Origin: Spirochaetales bacterium
Lineage (GTDB): Bacteria > Spirochaetota > Spirochaetia > SZUA-6 > RPPD01
DNA length: 64,000 bases
Direction: 5' to 3'
Assembly (NCBI GenBank): GCA_016930675.1
Contig: JAFGGG010000042.1
Span: 16,423 to 80,422 of the forward strand
The notes beneath the pieces are model-generated. The model was not told where the DNA came from. It saw nothing but the letters and a program-made list of their open reading frames with translations, and ran no database searches. The position numbers and the translations under genes were made by a program. Of this stretch, positions 10,230-19,239 are shown piece after piece. Each line of letters starts with the position of its first letter. Position 1 is the stretch's first letter.

Positions 10230-11160
10230 TTTTTTAAGAAAATGTTTAACTCTTACCGTGTTCATCGTTTTAGCAGTATTCTGCTCGGCGGAATCTTTGG
10301 AAGGTAATGCCAACGAACCGGCCTGGATTTCTTATCAAAAAGGTTTATATGAATATTCACGTGGAGAATACGGTAAAGCATTATACTATTTCAGAGAGGC
10401 TCTGGATAGGGCAACCGTCATGCCGGAGGCCGAAATGGCCATTGGCGATGTATATATGACGCAGGGAGAGTATGTGCTGGCGGAAAAGCAATATGAAAAA
10501 GCTTACGACCAGAATAGAGTTTTTTCAATTCCCGATCAAAAATACACCGTGCTCTACAGAATGGTGGAACTGTACGACCGCTGGAATAGATATGATAAAA
10601 TGGAGCAAAAACTGCTTGCAATAGTAAAGGACAGTGAAGTATTTTCCGGTGAAAAATATACATTTTTCAAGCAGAAACTCCAGGAATCATACCTTGCCAA
10701 AGGAATCAACCGGATGGTAAAACTCTATCGTCTGGAAGACGCGTTTGCCACTTCGGCACACCTCAAACTGGCCGTATTTTATTATCGAACAGGCAGATAT
10801 TACACGGCATTCGAAAACTCGATCTTCGGAGTTCTCATTATCATTTCTGAGGGGATTAATGAGTTGCGGCGTTGGATCCCCGATTATCCTGAGAGCACTG
10901 TTTATCCGGAATTTGATCTCAAAGAATTTTTAGAACTGGCATACAATTATCAGTCGGTAAGAGATTATTTAGAGCAGATGCATATTTTTGAGCATCTCTA
11001 TTATTTAGCGGCAATCTCTTATGTTCTTGAAAAATATACTCATGCCACATATATTTGGAGTATTATTGCAGAACATCCGCATGCCGGTTATGCCGGGAAT
11101 ATTGCCTTGAATCAAATAAAAAATCCGCGCGTGGCGCCGCTTATCCCGGTCGAGGATTAA
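10222..11160 (+). CDS. Secreted/lipoprotein-like TPR-repeat hypothetical protein
   Basis: N-terminal signal peptide. Tyr/Ala-rich helical repeats (YQKGLYEYSRGEYGKALYYFREAL...). Overlaps ispG stop. Confidence 0.4.
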   Translation: MNNFLRKCLTLTVFIVLAVFCSAESLEGNANEPAWISYQKGLYEYSRGEYGKALYYFREALDRATVMPEAEMAIGDVYMTQGEYVLAEKQYEKAYDQNRVFSIPDQKYTVLYRMVELYDRWNRYDKMEQKLLAIVKDSEVFSGEKYTFFKQKLQESYLAKGINRMVKLYRLEDAFATSAHLKLAVFYYRTGRYYTAFENSIFGVLIIISEGINELRRWIPDYPESTVYPEFDLKEFLELAYNYQSVRDYLEQMHIFEHLYYLAAISYVLEKYTHATYIWSIIAEHPHAGYAGNIALNQIKNPRVAPLIPVED

Positions 11161-11193
11161 AAAATCAGAAGTTGTTTTGCACAAATTTATTAA

Positions 11194-13422
11194 TTGTATA
11201 AAACTGGAATAATGATGGAAAAAATAAAAGTAGCCAACGGCATTTATTGGGTTGAAGTACCGGAAGCAGACATGTATATTCTCTGCGGCTGTCCGGCTGA
11301 CGCGGTTAAACACCTCATGAAGCGCGGTTTGATTATCCCCAAATCAAAAGACGGTATTAGCTATGAAAGCGGACCCAATGCCATTTTACTTTCAGATGTG
11401 TCTATTCAAAACAGTAGTTTTTCGAATCTGGCGGAATTTCCTGTGCTGCAGATGCTTTACAGGCAAGGTATGATTATTCCGCAACATCCCAATAATACAG
11501 GGAATAAACCTATTCTCATCGGAACTTCGTATCAAATCGCGGCACAAAGTCAGTACATCTACCGGGGCAACTTCGGCCTTACGAGCGTGAAGGAGATCAA
11601 GGATACGGGTATCCCCGAAGCAATAGCTAAGGAAATGCTCCGCATAAAGCGCCGCTTTGCCTTTAATAAAATATCAAAGACTGAAGACATTTTAGATTTC
11701 TGTATTGTGGACCAAAAGGCCGTTGAAATTCGAAACGGTGTGTTCATAAAACGCAAAGAATTAAATATATATGAGTTTAAGTATAATGGCGAAGCAGTAG
11801 AAGTCAATCTTAATCTGGCTTCACATGAAGATTTTGAACCCACGACCCAACTTGGTTTTCATAAAATAAAAAGAGAGTATTTCTCGGTTATTCATATCGG
11901 CGAAGGAGACGGCTGGGATGCAAACCGTCCCTGTATGTCCAGTATTATAACTTTTCAGGGGAAGATTTACCTTATTGATACGGGACCGCACATTCTCCAT
12001 TCACTTACCGCGCTTGGGATAAGTGTAAATGAGATTGAAGGAATCTTTCACACACATGGTCATGACGACCATTTTGCCGGATTAACAAGTTTGGTGCGGT
12101 CGGATCACCTGATTAAATACTTTGCACCTGCAGTAGTACGTGCTTCGGTCGTGAAAAAACTTGCAGCATTGATGTCTATCTCGGAGGAGAGATTTAAAAG
12201 GCTGTTTGAAATCCATACTCTGCATTTCAACCGCTGGAATAACATCGACGGACTCGAAGTGAAACCGATCTATTCACCGCATCCTGTTGAAGATGCCTTT
12301 CTTATTTTCAGAACCTATTGGGAAGGCGGATACAAGACATATGCTCATTTGTCGGATATCACTTCGATGGGTGTGCTGCAGAAGTATCTCATTGATGACA
12401 AAGAGTCCAATGAGATATCTAAAAAGATTTTTAATAACCTTAATAAAAATTATTTTTATCCAACTGATATCAAAAAAATAGATATTGGAGGAGGTATGAT
12501 TCATGGAAGAGCGCTTGATTTCGTGAAAGACAAATCCTCTAAAATCATATTGAGTCATACGTCACGAAGCTTAAGCATTGCTGAAAAGGAAATCGGATCC
12601 AACGCCACCTTCGGCATGGAGGATGTATTAATCACCGCTCATCAAGATTATTGTATGAGATCCGCCTACAGGTATTTAAGAGCATATTTTCCTTTGGCAC
12701 CGGATCATGATCTGGCCATGCTGTTGAACTGCCCGGTTCAGGAACTAAATGTAGGGCTTATTTTACTTAAAAAAGGTGTAATAAATACTCATGTGTATCT
12801 CATTATCACGGGCGGCGTAGAATATATAGATGCAAAAACAAAAACCCGCAACGTACTCTCCGCCGGTTCAATTATCGGAGAGGATGCTGTATTAAGCGGA
12901 GAAGCTCCGCAACGCACTTGTCGCGCCATGAGTTATATTAAAGTCCTAACAATACCCTGTGAACTTTATAAAGTCTTTTTGAACAGAAACTTTATGAGTG
13001 AGGATATCAAACGCATCTTTGAGAACAAACTTTTTTTACAGAACACATGGCTGTTCGGAGAGATGGTATCGAGTGTTATTCTAAACTCGATTGCCAAACT
13101 AATGCGGTTAAAAGTGATCAAAAAAGGTGAGGAATTAACTTCTGCCAGAACTCCGACGATTTATATGCTTAAAACCGGGGAAGTGCAGGTGTTTTTTGAA
13201 GACAAGCAGGTTGACACCTTAACATCCGGAGGCTTTTTCGGTGAAGAGAGTATTTTTCTGAAACAGGCTAATCTCTTTACAGCTTCCGCTGCAAAAGACT
13301 CGTCGGTATATGTTATTTTAGGAGATATTCTCCAATTTAAACCAATTATCGAATGGAAGCTGCTTGAAACATTTGAGAAGCGTTTACGTACATTCGGCAC
13401 TCAATTAGAAAAAAGCATATAA
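11194..13422 (+). CDS. Metallo-beta-lactamase-fold hydrolase fused to two C-terminal cyclic-nucleotide-binding (CAP/Crp-like) domains
   Basis: MBL motif HTHGHDDH plus IDTGP. Two cNMP-like beta-barrel segments (...GEDAVLSGEAPQRTCRA... and ...SGGFFGEESIFLKQANLFTASAA...). An alternative start at 11215 (MMEKIK) is possible. Confidence 0.6.
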   Translation: MYKTGIMMEKIKVANGIYWVEVPEADMYILCGCPADAVKHLMKRGLIIPKSKDGISYESGPNAILLSDVSIQNSSFSNLAEFPVLQMLYRQGMIIPQHPNNTGNKPILIGTSYQIAAQSQYIYRGNFGLTSVKEIKDTGIPEAIAKEMLRIKRRFAFNKISKTEDILDFCIVDQKAVEIRNGVFIKRKELNIYEFKYNGEAVEVNLNLASHEDFEPTTQLGFHKIKREYFSVIHIGEGDGWDANRPCMSSIITFQGKIYLIDTGPHILHSLTALGISVNEIEGIFHTHGHDDHFAGLTSLVRSDHLIKYFAPAVVRASVVKKLAALMSISEERFKRLFEIHTLHFNRWNNIDGLEVKPIYSPHPVEDAFLIFRTYWEGGYKTYAHLSDITSMGVLQKYLIDDKESNEISKKIFNNLNKNYFYPTDIKKIDIGGGMIHGRALDFVKDKSSKIILSHTSRSLSIAEKEIGSNATFGMEDVLITAHQDYCMRSAYRYLRAYFPLAPDHDLAMLLNCPVQELNVGLILLKKGVINTHVYLIITGGVEYIDAKTKTRNVLSAGSIIGEDAVLSGEAPQRTCRAMSYIKVLTIPCELYKVFLNRNFMSEDIKRIFENKLFLQNTWLFGEMVSSVILNSIAKLMRLKVIKKGEELTSARTPTIYMLKTGEVQVFFEDKQVDTLTSGGFFGEESIFLKQANLFTASAAKDSSVYVILGDILQFKPIIEWKLLETFEKRLRTFGTQLEKSI

Positions 13423-13425
13423 CAT

Positions 13426-14253
13426 TTAGGACTGACAGTGAGGACAAAAAAAGGTCGATCGCTGTGCCTGTTTGATTTTTTGAATGGAAGCTTGGCCGCA
13501 GGTTTTACAGAGCTTCCCGGCCCGCTGGTACACTCGGAGCAACTGTTGAAAACGGCCGCTTTTATTATCTACACCGTTAAAATCTCTTATTGTTGTACCG
13601 TTATATTTCAACGCGAGCTTTAGCACTTTGCGCATACTGTTTATAATTTTCTGAGCCTGCCCACGTGTTATTTTATATGCAGTTAGACGAGGATCAATCC
13701 CCGCTTTATGTAAAATTTCACATACATAAATATTACCCAGACCGCTGATCACATGTTGATCAAGCAGGGCCGACTTTAATGCTATTTTACGATTTTTTAC
13801 CACATCTATAAACCAGGGTGCGGTGATCTGTCGCGCAAAAGGATCAGGCCCCAGATTTTGTTTTTCCCTGATTGTGTGATGCGGCGGGTAGAGAGAAAAA
13901 GTGGCGAACAGACGCATGTCCTGAAAGTAGAGTGCGCTTTTGTCGTTAAAAGTGAAGATAATACGAATATGTGCTGCCGGCTGCGGACTGCCGGAGTTTG
14001 AACGATATACAAATTTTCCTGTCATCCTTAGATGAACTATCATGCTTTTACCGCTCGTAAAAGAGAAGTGAATATATTTACCCCAACGCTCAATATTCTG
14101 CACGATTTCCCTGCGAAAAAAATTCTTGAACTCTTGTTCGTGTAGGTTGCCCAAAGGCTTTTTATGACGAACCTGGACTGAAATGATTTGTTTAGCGAGT
14201 ATGCAATGGCGGAGTCCTTGTACGATTGTTTCGACTTCAGGGAGTTCTGGCAT
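13426..14253 (-). CDS. mutM: Formamidopyrimidine-DNA glycosylase
   Basis: N-terminal MPELPEVE (catalytic Pro2/Glu3). C-terminal zinc finger CKTCG...CPHCQ. 275 aa. Confidence 0.85.
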   Translation of the reverse strand: MPELPEVETIVQGLRHCILAKQIISVQVRHKKPLGNLHEQEFKNFFRREIVQNIERWGKYIHFSFTSGKSMIVHLRMTGKFVYRSNSGSPQPAAHIRIIFTFNDKSALYFQDMRLFATFSLYPPHHTIREKQNLGPDPFARQITAPWFIDVVKNRKIALKSALLDQHVISGLGNIYVCEILHKAGIDPRLTAYKITRGQAQKIINSMRKVLKLALKYNGTTIRDFNGVDNKSGRFQQLLRVYQRAGKLCKTCGQASIQKIKQAQRSTFFCPHCQS

Positions 14254-14264
14254 GGAATATGGAA

Positions 14265-14885
14265 TTACTGTGATTGCAATTTATCAAGATCCCACATGCA
14301 GATTTCACCATATATACCGGCAATGATTTTTCTGCCATCCGGAGAAATCGCAATAGAAGTTATTCTTTTTTTTAAGTAGGGTGTTCCAAATGATAATATT
14401 TTGTTTTGGTCGAGATCCCACATGACGACCTGTCCGTAAAGAGCGGCAATGATTTTTCTGCCGTCAGGGGAGAAGGCTACCGCGGTAGGCGCTTGATTGC
14501 GAATCGGTGTTTTAAAAGATAGAGTTGCACCGGTTTCTAAATTCCACATATAGACTTCACCGTAGAGACCGGCGATTATTTTTTTGCCGTCGGGGGAAAA
14601 AGCAACTGATGTAGGTCTTTGGGTTTTAAGAGGTGTGGCAAATGATCTGGTTTTGCCTGTCTCTATGTTCCATAAATAAACCTGGCCGTAAACACCGGCG
14701 ATTATTTTTCTGCCGTCGGGAGAAAAGGCAACCGAAGTAGGTGTTTCATTGACCAGTGGTGTCTTAAATGACCGGCTGGTATCAAATTCAATCACTGTTG
14801 TACCAATACTGTAATCAATGGAGGGGCCGCATGAAACAAAAAGTAGGATAATAAAGATAAGACTTACACAAAATTTGTGAACCAT
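14265..14885 (-). CDS. Tandem-repeat beta-propeller (WD40/PD40-like) lipoprotein
   Basis: Signal peptide plus Cys (LLFVSCGPS). Five ~41-aa near-identical repeats (SFKTPL..PTSVAFSPDG(R/K)KIIAG.YG.V.MW.LE.G). Confidence 0.6.
   Translation of the reverse strand: MVHKFCVSLIFIILLFVSCGPSIDYSIGTTVIEFDTSRSFKTPLVNETPTSVAFSPDGRKIIAGVYGQVYLWNIETGKTRSFATPLKTQRPTSVAFSPDGKKIIAGLYGEVYMWNLETGATLSFKTPIRNQAPTAVAFSPDGRKIIAALYGQVVMWDLDQNKILSFGTPYLKKRITSIAISPDGRKIIAGIYGEICMWDLDKLQSQ
14300..14780. repeat. ~123-bp tandem DNA repeats (4-5 copies, roughly 75-85% identical) inside the beta-propeller lipoprotein gene
   Basis: Recurring blocks ccggc(a/g)at(g/t)atttttctgcc(a/g)tc(c/a/g)gg(a/g)ga(a/g)aa(g/a)gc..., with cores at ~14318, ~14443, ~14566, ~14691. 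Confidence 0.6.
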
Positions 14886-15133
14886 GGTGCTTCTCCTGCT
14901 ATAGCATATTATTCTTTCCCACCACTAATTATATAGTAATTATTAATTCTTTCAAATTATAATTAGCCTTTTTATGAATATATATGATATCTATATTCCG
15001 GTGTCTAAAGAATATTTTTTAGAGCTATATATGTATTGTTCACATCCTTACCACTTTTTTAAATAAAGCACTTCTATAATTATAATAAGCCGTAAATCGC
15101 TTAGGCAAATATTATGTCGTAGACAAGGAAACG

Positions 15134-15538
15134 TTATTCCCTTCTTGGTGCGTTTACCATACCGACAATTCCACCCGCTACTAAGAAAATAATTGCTATC
15201 AGAGTGATTGGATTAAAGGCAACTGTGATAAATGCGACTATTACGGCATTTAAAATAAGAGCTTTACCGAAACCGTGGGGAAACCATAATGATAAAATCG
15301 CGGAGGCAAGACCAATTACGACTGTTACAAATCCAACCGTAATCCATAAATTACGGATATCGTCGTTTTGCTGCTCCGGTGAATAAAATTCTGCAGTGAA
15401 ACCAGGCGCATAATTCTTTATTTGCTCATATGCAACATTGCCGGCAACAAATGAACCCGGAATCATCAGGATAGCGCCTGCCAAACCTAAGATAACCGGT
15501 AACAGTTTTATAATGTCTATTTTGGGTGCCATAGCCAA
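15134..15538 (-). CDS. Small polytopic membrane protein (hypothetical)
   Basis: 134 aa, 3-4 hydrophobic helices. RBS AGGAGG 7 nt upstream of ATG. Confidence 0.5.
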   Translation of the reverse strand: MAMAPKIDIIKLLPVILGLAGAILMIPGSFVAGNVAYEQIKNYAPGFTAEFYSPEQQNDDIRNLWITVGFVTVVIGLASAILSLWFPHGFGKALILNAVIVAFITVAFNPITLIAIIFLVAGGIVGMVNAPRRE

Positions 15539-15562
15539 AGCCTCCTAAAGTATTATATTAAT

Positions 15563-15591
15563 TTTATAATTAATACCCTTAAAGGTGTCAA
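15563..15591 (-). promoter_or_regulatory. Putative sigma70-type promoter for the 15134-15538 membrane-protein gene
   Basis: On the minus strand: TTGACA, 17-nt spacer, TATAAA, then ~20 nt to AGGAGG and ATG. Confidence 0.35.
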
Positions 15592-15607
15592 GGTGGTTGA
15601 CACCTTT
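15581..15607. promoter_or_regulatory. Perfect 11-bp inverted repeat (AAAGGTGTCAA-N5-TTGACACCTTT), candidate operator overlapping the -35 element
   Basis: Palindrome read directly from the sequence. Each arm contains TTGACA. Confidence 0.5.
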
Positions 15608-16022
15608 TATGTGTATTTTTTTGTATTTAGATACTGTATCAAAATACAGATATATCATGTGTAATTGCTGATAATCCTGCCTGAAGCTTTTTATCTCCCT
15701 GCGTAATTCCATATTGCAAAAAAAACATCCTTGTGAGTCAGGAAATCTTCCGCCGCCCTTCGGATAAAGGCATGAGGCAAGAGATCCATGGCCGGTTGTC
15801 CTATGGAAAGGTCTATGGTTCCGGCGGGAATGTTGAATCGCGCTGTATCAAGGACAGTATGTTCCATCTCTCTGTCTTGTTTCCTGTCTTATATTATTAT
15901 AATGTTCGTTTTTGTAAAAAACGTATTATCCGCGAGTAATTGGATAAAAGAATTTATTTCATTTCCGTCACATCTGGCCAGTTTGGTTTGTATAAATAGA
16001 TAAAAGATAAAAAGGAGGATAT

Positions 16023-16967
16023 ATGTGTAGAACAAGATATAACAGATGTATCGTGGGTATGAGTTTAATGATTTTACTTTTTCAATTTATAGCGGGTTGT
16101 GAACAGGAGGAAGTAATGGAAAATCCATGGGAAGTCATTATCGACACGCAGGTAAAGCAGCCGGTGCGAATGGCAGCCTTTCTTGATGAAAGCTTCGGTA
16201 TTACCGGCGGTTTCAGCGGAGCGGGAAAAACCAATCGCACTCTGGACGGCGGGAAAACCTGGAATATTTCGGAAGCGAGCGGCGGTTGTCTGTTCGGAAT
16301 CGAAATCATTGACAGCAATACTGTGTGGGTGGCCGGCAAAATGTCGGGTATGAGTTTTGATACGCCGGGCGGTTTACGCTTAAGTAAAGACGGAGGCCTT
16401 ACCTTTGAGGAGTCTGCGACTATCCGTACTCTTCCTCGTGAATGTCCTATGAGTTTTATGGATGAGAACTCAGGCTGGTTTTATCAGAATGAAAAACTCA
16501 GACGCACGGCTGACGGCGGGAAAAATTGGAAAGAAACAGCCTTGCCGGTCGACGCCGCTATTATCAAAGCAGTTCAGCTGCGAACAAAAACCGACGGTTA
16601 TCTGTTGGATATAACCGGGAACCTCTTTACGACTAATGATGGAGGAAATACCTGGAGTAAAACGCAGCTTCCTCTGCAAAAATATCACTGTCTTGAAATA
16701 ATGGAATTTGAAAGTGTTGCAGCTGCCATACGTTTTTTCGATAAAAACAATGGAGTTGTTGTTGCGAGTCTTCTTGCCGAGGGGGAGAGAAAAGACTGCG
16801 TGCTGGCTTTCAGGACAAAAGACGGCGGACAAAACTGGCGGAGTGAGCTTGTCAGCTATGGATGCGGGATCATCTTTCTTTCACCGGACGGCCGCTATGT
16901 GACCATACAGCTGATGGGAAAAATCGCAGTATTGCGATATACGGGAGAAGAGTGGACGAACTTATGA
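16023..16967 (+). CDS. BNR/Asp-box repeat lipoprotein (Ycf48-like beta-propeller)
   Basis: Five S/T-x-D-G-G-x-T/N-W Asp-box repeats (DGGKTW, DGGLTF, DGGKNW, DGGNTW, DGGQNW). Lipobox FIAGC. RBS GGAGGATATATG. Confidence 0.6.
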   Translation: MCRTRYNRCIVGMSLMILLFQFIAGCEQEEVMENPWEVIIDTQVKQPVRMAAFLDESFGITGGFSGAGKTNRTLDGGKTWNISEASGGCLFGIEIIDSNTVWVAGKMSGMSFDTPGGLRLSKDGGLTFEESATIRTLPRECPMSFMDENSGWFYQNEKLRRTADGGKNWKETALPVDAAIIKAVQLRTKTDGYLLDITGNLFTTNDGGNTWSKTQLPLQKYHCLEIMEFESVAAAIRFFDKNNGVVVASLLAEGERKDCVLAFRTKDGGQNWRSELVSYGCGIIFLSPDGRYVTIQLMGKIAVLRYTGEEWTNL

Positions 16968-18088
16968 GCACTAGGCTTTCTGAGTTTATAAAAGCTAATT
17001 GGGGCATTATCCTGGCCGGAATCATCATCGGTATTCTGGCCCCTCTTTTACAAAAACTGGGAAATCCGGCGCAGACCGGGCTTTGTATCGCCTGTTTCGA
17101 GCGCGATTTGGCCGGTGCGCTGGGTTTCCACAGGGCGGAAGGGGGTCAGTATATTCGACCGGAGATCATCGGTCTGGTTTTGGGTTCGACTCTCGCGGCC
17201 TTGATTTTCGGTGAGTTCAAAACCAGGGGAGGTTCTGGAAGCATGATCCGATTTTTCCTCGGAATGTTCGCTATGATCGGCTGTTTGTCTTTTTTGGGAT
17301 GTCCTGTCGGCGTGCTGCTCCGTTTGGGCACGGGAAATTTGAATGCAGTCCCTGCGCTGCTGGGTATTGTCTGCGGTATTTTTATCGGGATACGCTTTAT
17401 AAAAGCGGGATTTTTTATCGGACGGTCACGCAAACTCTCTTCGACAGCGGGCTGGATTATGCCGGTTTTCATGATCGCTCTGTTTGTTTTTCTTTTTTTC
17501 GATTTCAGATCGAATGATTGGAGTGCCCCCTTTTCTTCATGGCTCCCGCCGGCCGCGATTCATGCTCCTCTTTTTGTGTCGTTGGCTATTGGTCTTATTA
17601 TCGGTTTTTTTGCGCAAAGAACACGTTTCTGCGCGATCGGTGCTTTCCGTGATCTTATTATAGTTAGAAACTCCCATTACATGTACGGAATTATCGCGAT
17701 GGTCGTTTCATCCTTTCTAACCAATCTTTTACTGGGACAGGTGAATATTTATTTCGGTTCACAGGAACAAGGTCATTCCCTGACCTTGTTTACTTATTTC
17801 TGGCCGTTTCTGGGAATGGTCCTGGCAGGTCTTTGTTTTTCTCTAGTGGAAGGCTGCGCGGCCCGGCAGCTTTTTTTAACGGGAGAGGGAGATAGCGACG
17901 CCGGATTTTTTATTCTTGGAATGTTTGCAGGCGCAGCGCTTACCCATAATTTCGGTTTTATCGGAAGGCCGGTCTGCGCGCAGGTAATGGATATAAGCTC
18001 TTTGGGAATCGGCACCATCATAATCGGCTTGATTTTTTGCATTACTATAGGATTTACCATGCGCATTAAAAATGGAGGAGGAGAATAA
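16964..18088 (+). CDS. YedE/YeeE-family membrane protein (selenium/sulfur-compound transport family)
   Basis: Polytopic protein with internal duplication, each half carrying a Cys motif (GLCIACFERDLAG and RFCAIGAFRDL). ATGA start/stop overlap with the upstream gene. The in-frame ATG at 16862 was rejected in favour of 16964. Confidence 0.65.
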   Translation: MSTRLSEFIKANWGIILAGIIIGILAPLLQKLGNPAQTGLCIACFERDLAGALGFHRAEGGQYIRPEIIGLVLGSTLAALIFGEFKTRGGSGSMIRFFLGMFAMIGCLSFLGCPVGVLLRLGTGNLNAVPALLGIVCGIFIGIRFIKAGFFIGRSRKLSSTAGWIMPVFMIALFVFLFFDFRSNDWSAPFSSWLPPAAIHAPLFVSLAIGLIIGFFAQRTRFCAIGAFRDLIIVRNSHYMYGIIAMVVSSFLTNLLLGQVNIYFGSQEQGHSLTLFTYFWPFLGMVLAGLCFSLVEGCAARQLFLTGEGDSDAGFFILGMFAGAALTHNFGFIGRPVCAQVMDISSLGIGTIIIGLIFCITIGFTMRIKNGGGE

Positions 18089-18090
18089 TT
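18074..18090 (+). promoter_or_regulatory. Strong RBS (GGAGGAGGAG) followed by candidate non-ATG start (ATA 18085 / ATT 18088) for the cysteine desulfurase-like gene
   Basis: Conserved IYFDNAATSW N-terminus is in frame upstream of the first ATG. The only in-frame stop is at 18067-18069. Confidence 0.4.
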
Positions 18091-19239
18091 TATTTTGACA
18101 ACGCCGCCACGTCATGGCCCAAACCTCCGCAAGTAATTGAAGCCATGGTCAACTTTATAAATTTCGTTGGTGCCAATCCGGGACGCTCCGGTCACCGCAG
18201 GGCCGTAGCCGCGGGGCGGATCGTGTACGACACTCGCCGGGCGGTCGCGGAATTGGTCGGCGCCGATGATCCTTTGCGTATTATTTTTACCTATAATGTC
18301 ACGCATGCTCTCAATCTTTGCCTGCATGGATTGCTGGCGCCTGGTGATCATGTGATCACCAGCAGTATGGAACATAACTCGGTAATGCGTCCTTTGCGTA
18401 TGCTGGAAAAAAAAGGAGTAAAACTCTCGATTGTCAGATGCGCGAACAATGGTAGTCTTGAACCCAGTGCAGTCGAAGCTTTGATAGGTACTGGTACCAA
18501 GCTTGTGGTTCTCAATCATGCTTCCAATGTTACGGGCACACTACTCCCGATCAAAGCCGTTGGCGCAATCTGCCGCAAACACAATCTTCTGTTTTTAGTC
18601 GATACGGCACAAACTGCCGGCTGCTATCCGATTGCTATGCAGTCCGATTGTATTGATCTTCTTGCCTTTACAGGACATAAGGCCTTGCACGGACCCATGG
18701 GTACCGGAGGACTGGTAATCGGCGGCAGGGTTGATGAAAAATCTCTCAATCCGTTACTGCAGGGAGGCACAGGAAGCAACTCCCAATATGAAGAACAGCC
18801 TGATTTTTTACCGGATGCCCTGGAAGCAGGCACGGTTAATGCAGTGGGTTTGGCGGGGTTGGCAGCCGGGATTAACTGGATAAATGATATTGGACTTGAA
18901 ACAATCCGCTCGCATGAGGAGCATCTAACCAAACTTTTAATCGAGGGCTTAACAGGGATTGGCGGTGTCACTGTGTACGGAGATCACTGCGCTGCTGACA
19001 GGACCGCCACTGTTTCATTTACTATTGAGCATATCCCTGTGTCTGAAATAGGCCTGAAGCTTGATGAGGAATTCGGGATTCTCTGCCGCGTGGGGTTGCA
19101 CTGTGCACCTATGGCCCATAAAACCTTGGAAACATTTCCCCATGGAACCGTGCGTTTCGGGTTCAGTAGCTTTAACACGGAAGATGAAGTAGAGAAAGCC
19201 ATTGCTGCCGTTAAAGAGCTTTCTGCGGGGGTTTTATGA
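18088..19239 (+). CDS. Class V aminotransferase-fold cysteine desulfurase / selenocysteine lyase-like protein
   Basis: Conserved N-terminus IYFDNAATSWPKPP lies upstream of the first ATG (18145). Frame opens after the TAA at 18067-18069, so the start is a non-ATG (ATT 18088 or ATA 18085) behind RBS GGAGGAGGAG. PLP-Lys region TGHKALHGPMGTGGL. Confidence 0.7.
   Translation: MYFDNAATSWPKPPQVIEAMVNFINFVGANPGRSGHRRAVAAGRIVYDTRRAVAELVGADDPLRIIFTYNVTHALNLCLHGLLAPGDHVITSSMEHNSVMRPLRMLEKKGVKLSIVRCANNGSLEPSAVEALIGTGTKLVVLNHASNVTGTLLPIKAVGAICRKHNLLFLVDTAQTAGCYPIAMQSDCIDLLAFTGHKALHGPMGTGGLVIGGRVDEKSLNPLLQGGTGSNSQYEEQPDFLPDALEAGTVNAVGLAGLAAGINWINDIGLETIRSHEEHLTKLLIEGLTGIGGVTVYGDHCAADRTATVSFTIEHIPVSEIGLKLDEEFGILCRVGLHCAPMAHKTLETFPHGTVRFGFSSFNTEDEVEKAIAAVKELSAGVL

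Noticed and set aside
16862-16963. Longer version of the YedE-like ORF starting at 16862 (408 aa).
   Set aside because: This would overlap the last 105 bp of the BNR lipoprotein gene in another frame. The internal ATG at 16964 gives a classic ATGA stop/start overlap and a sensible N-terminus, so the upstream extension is judged spurious.
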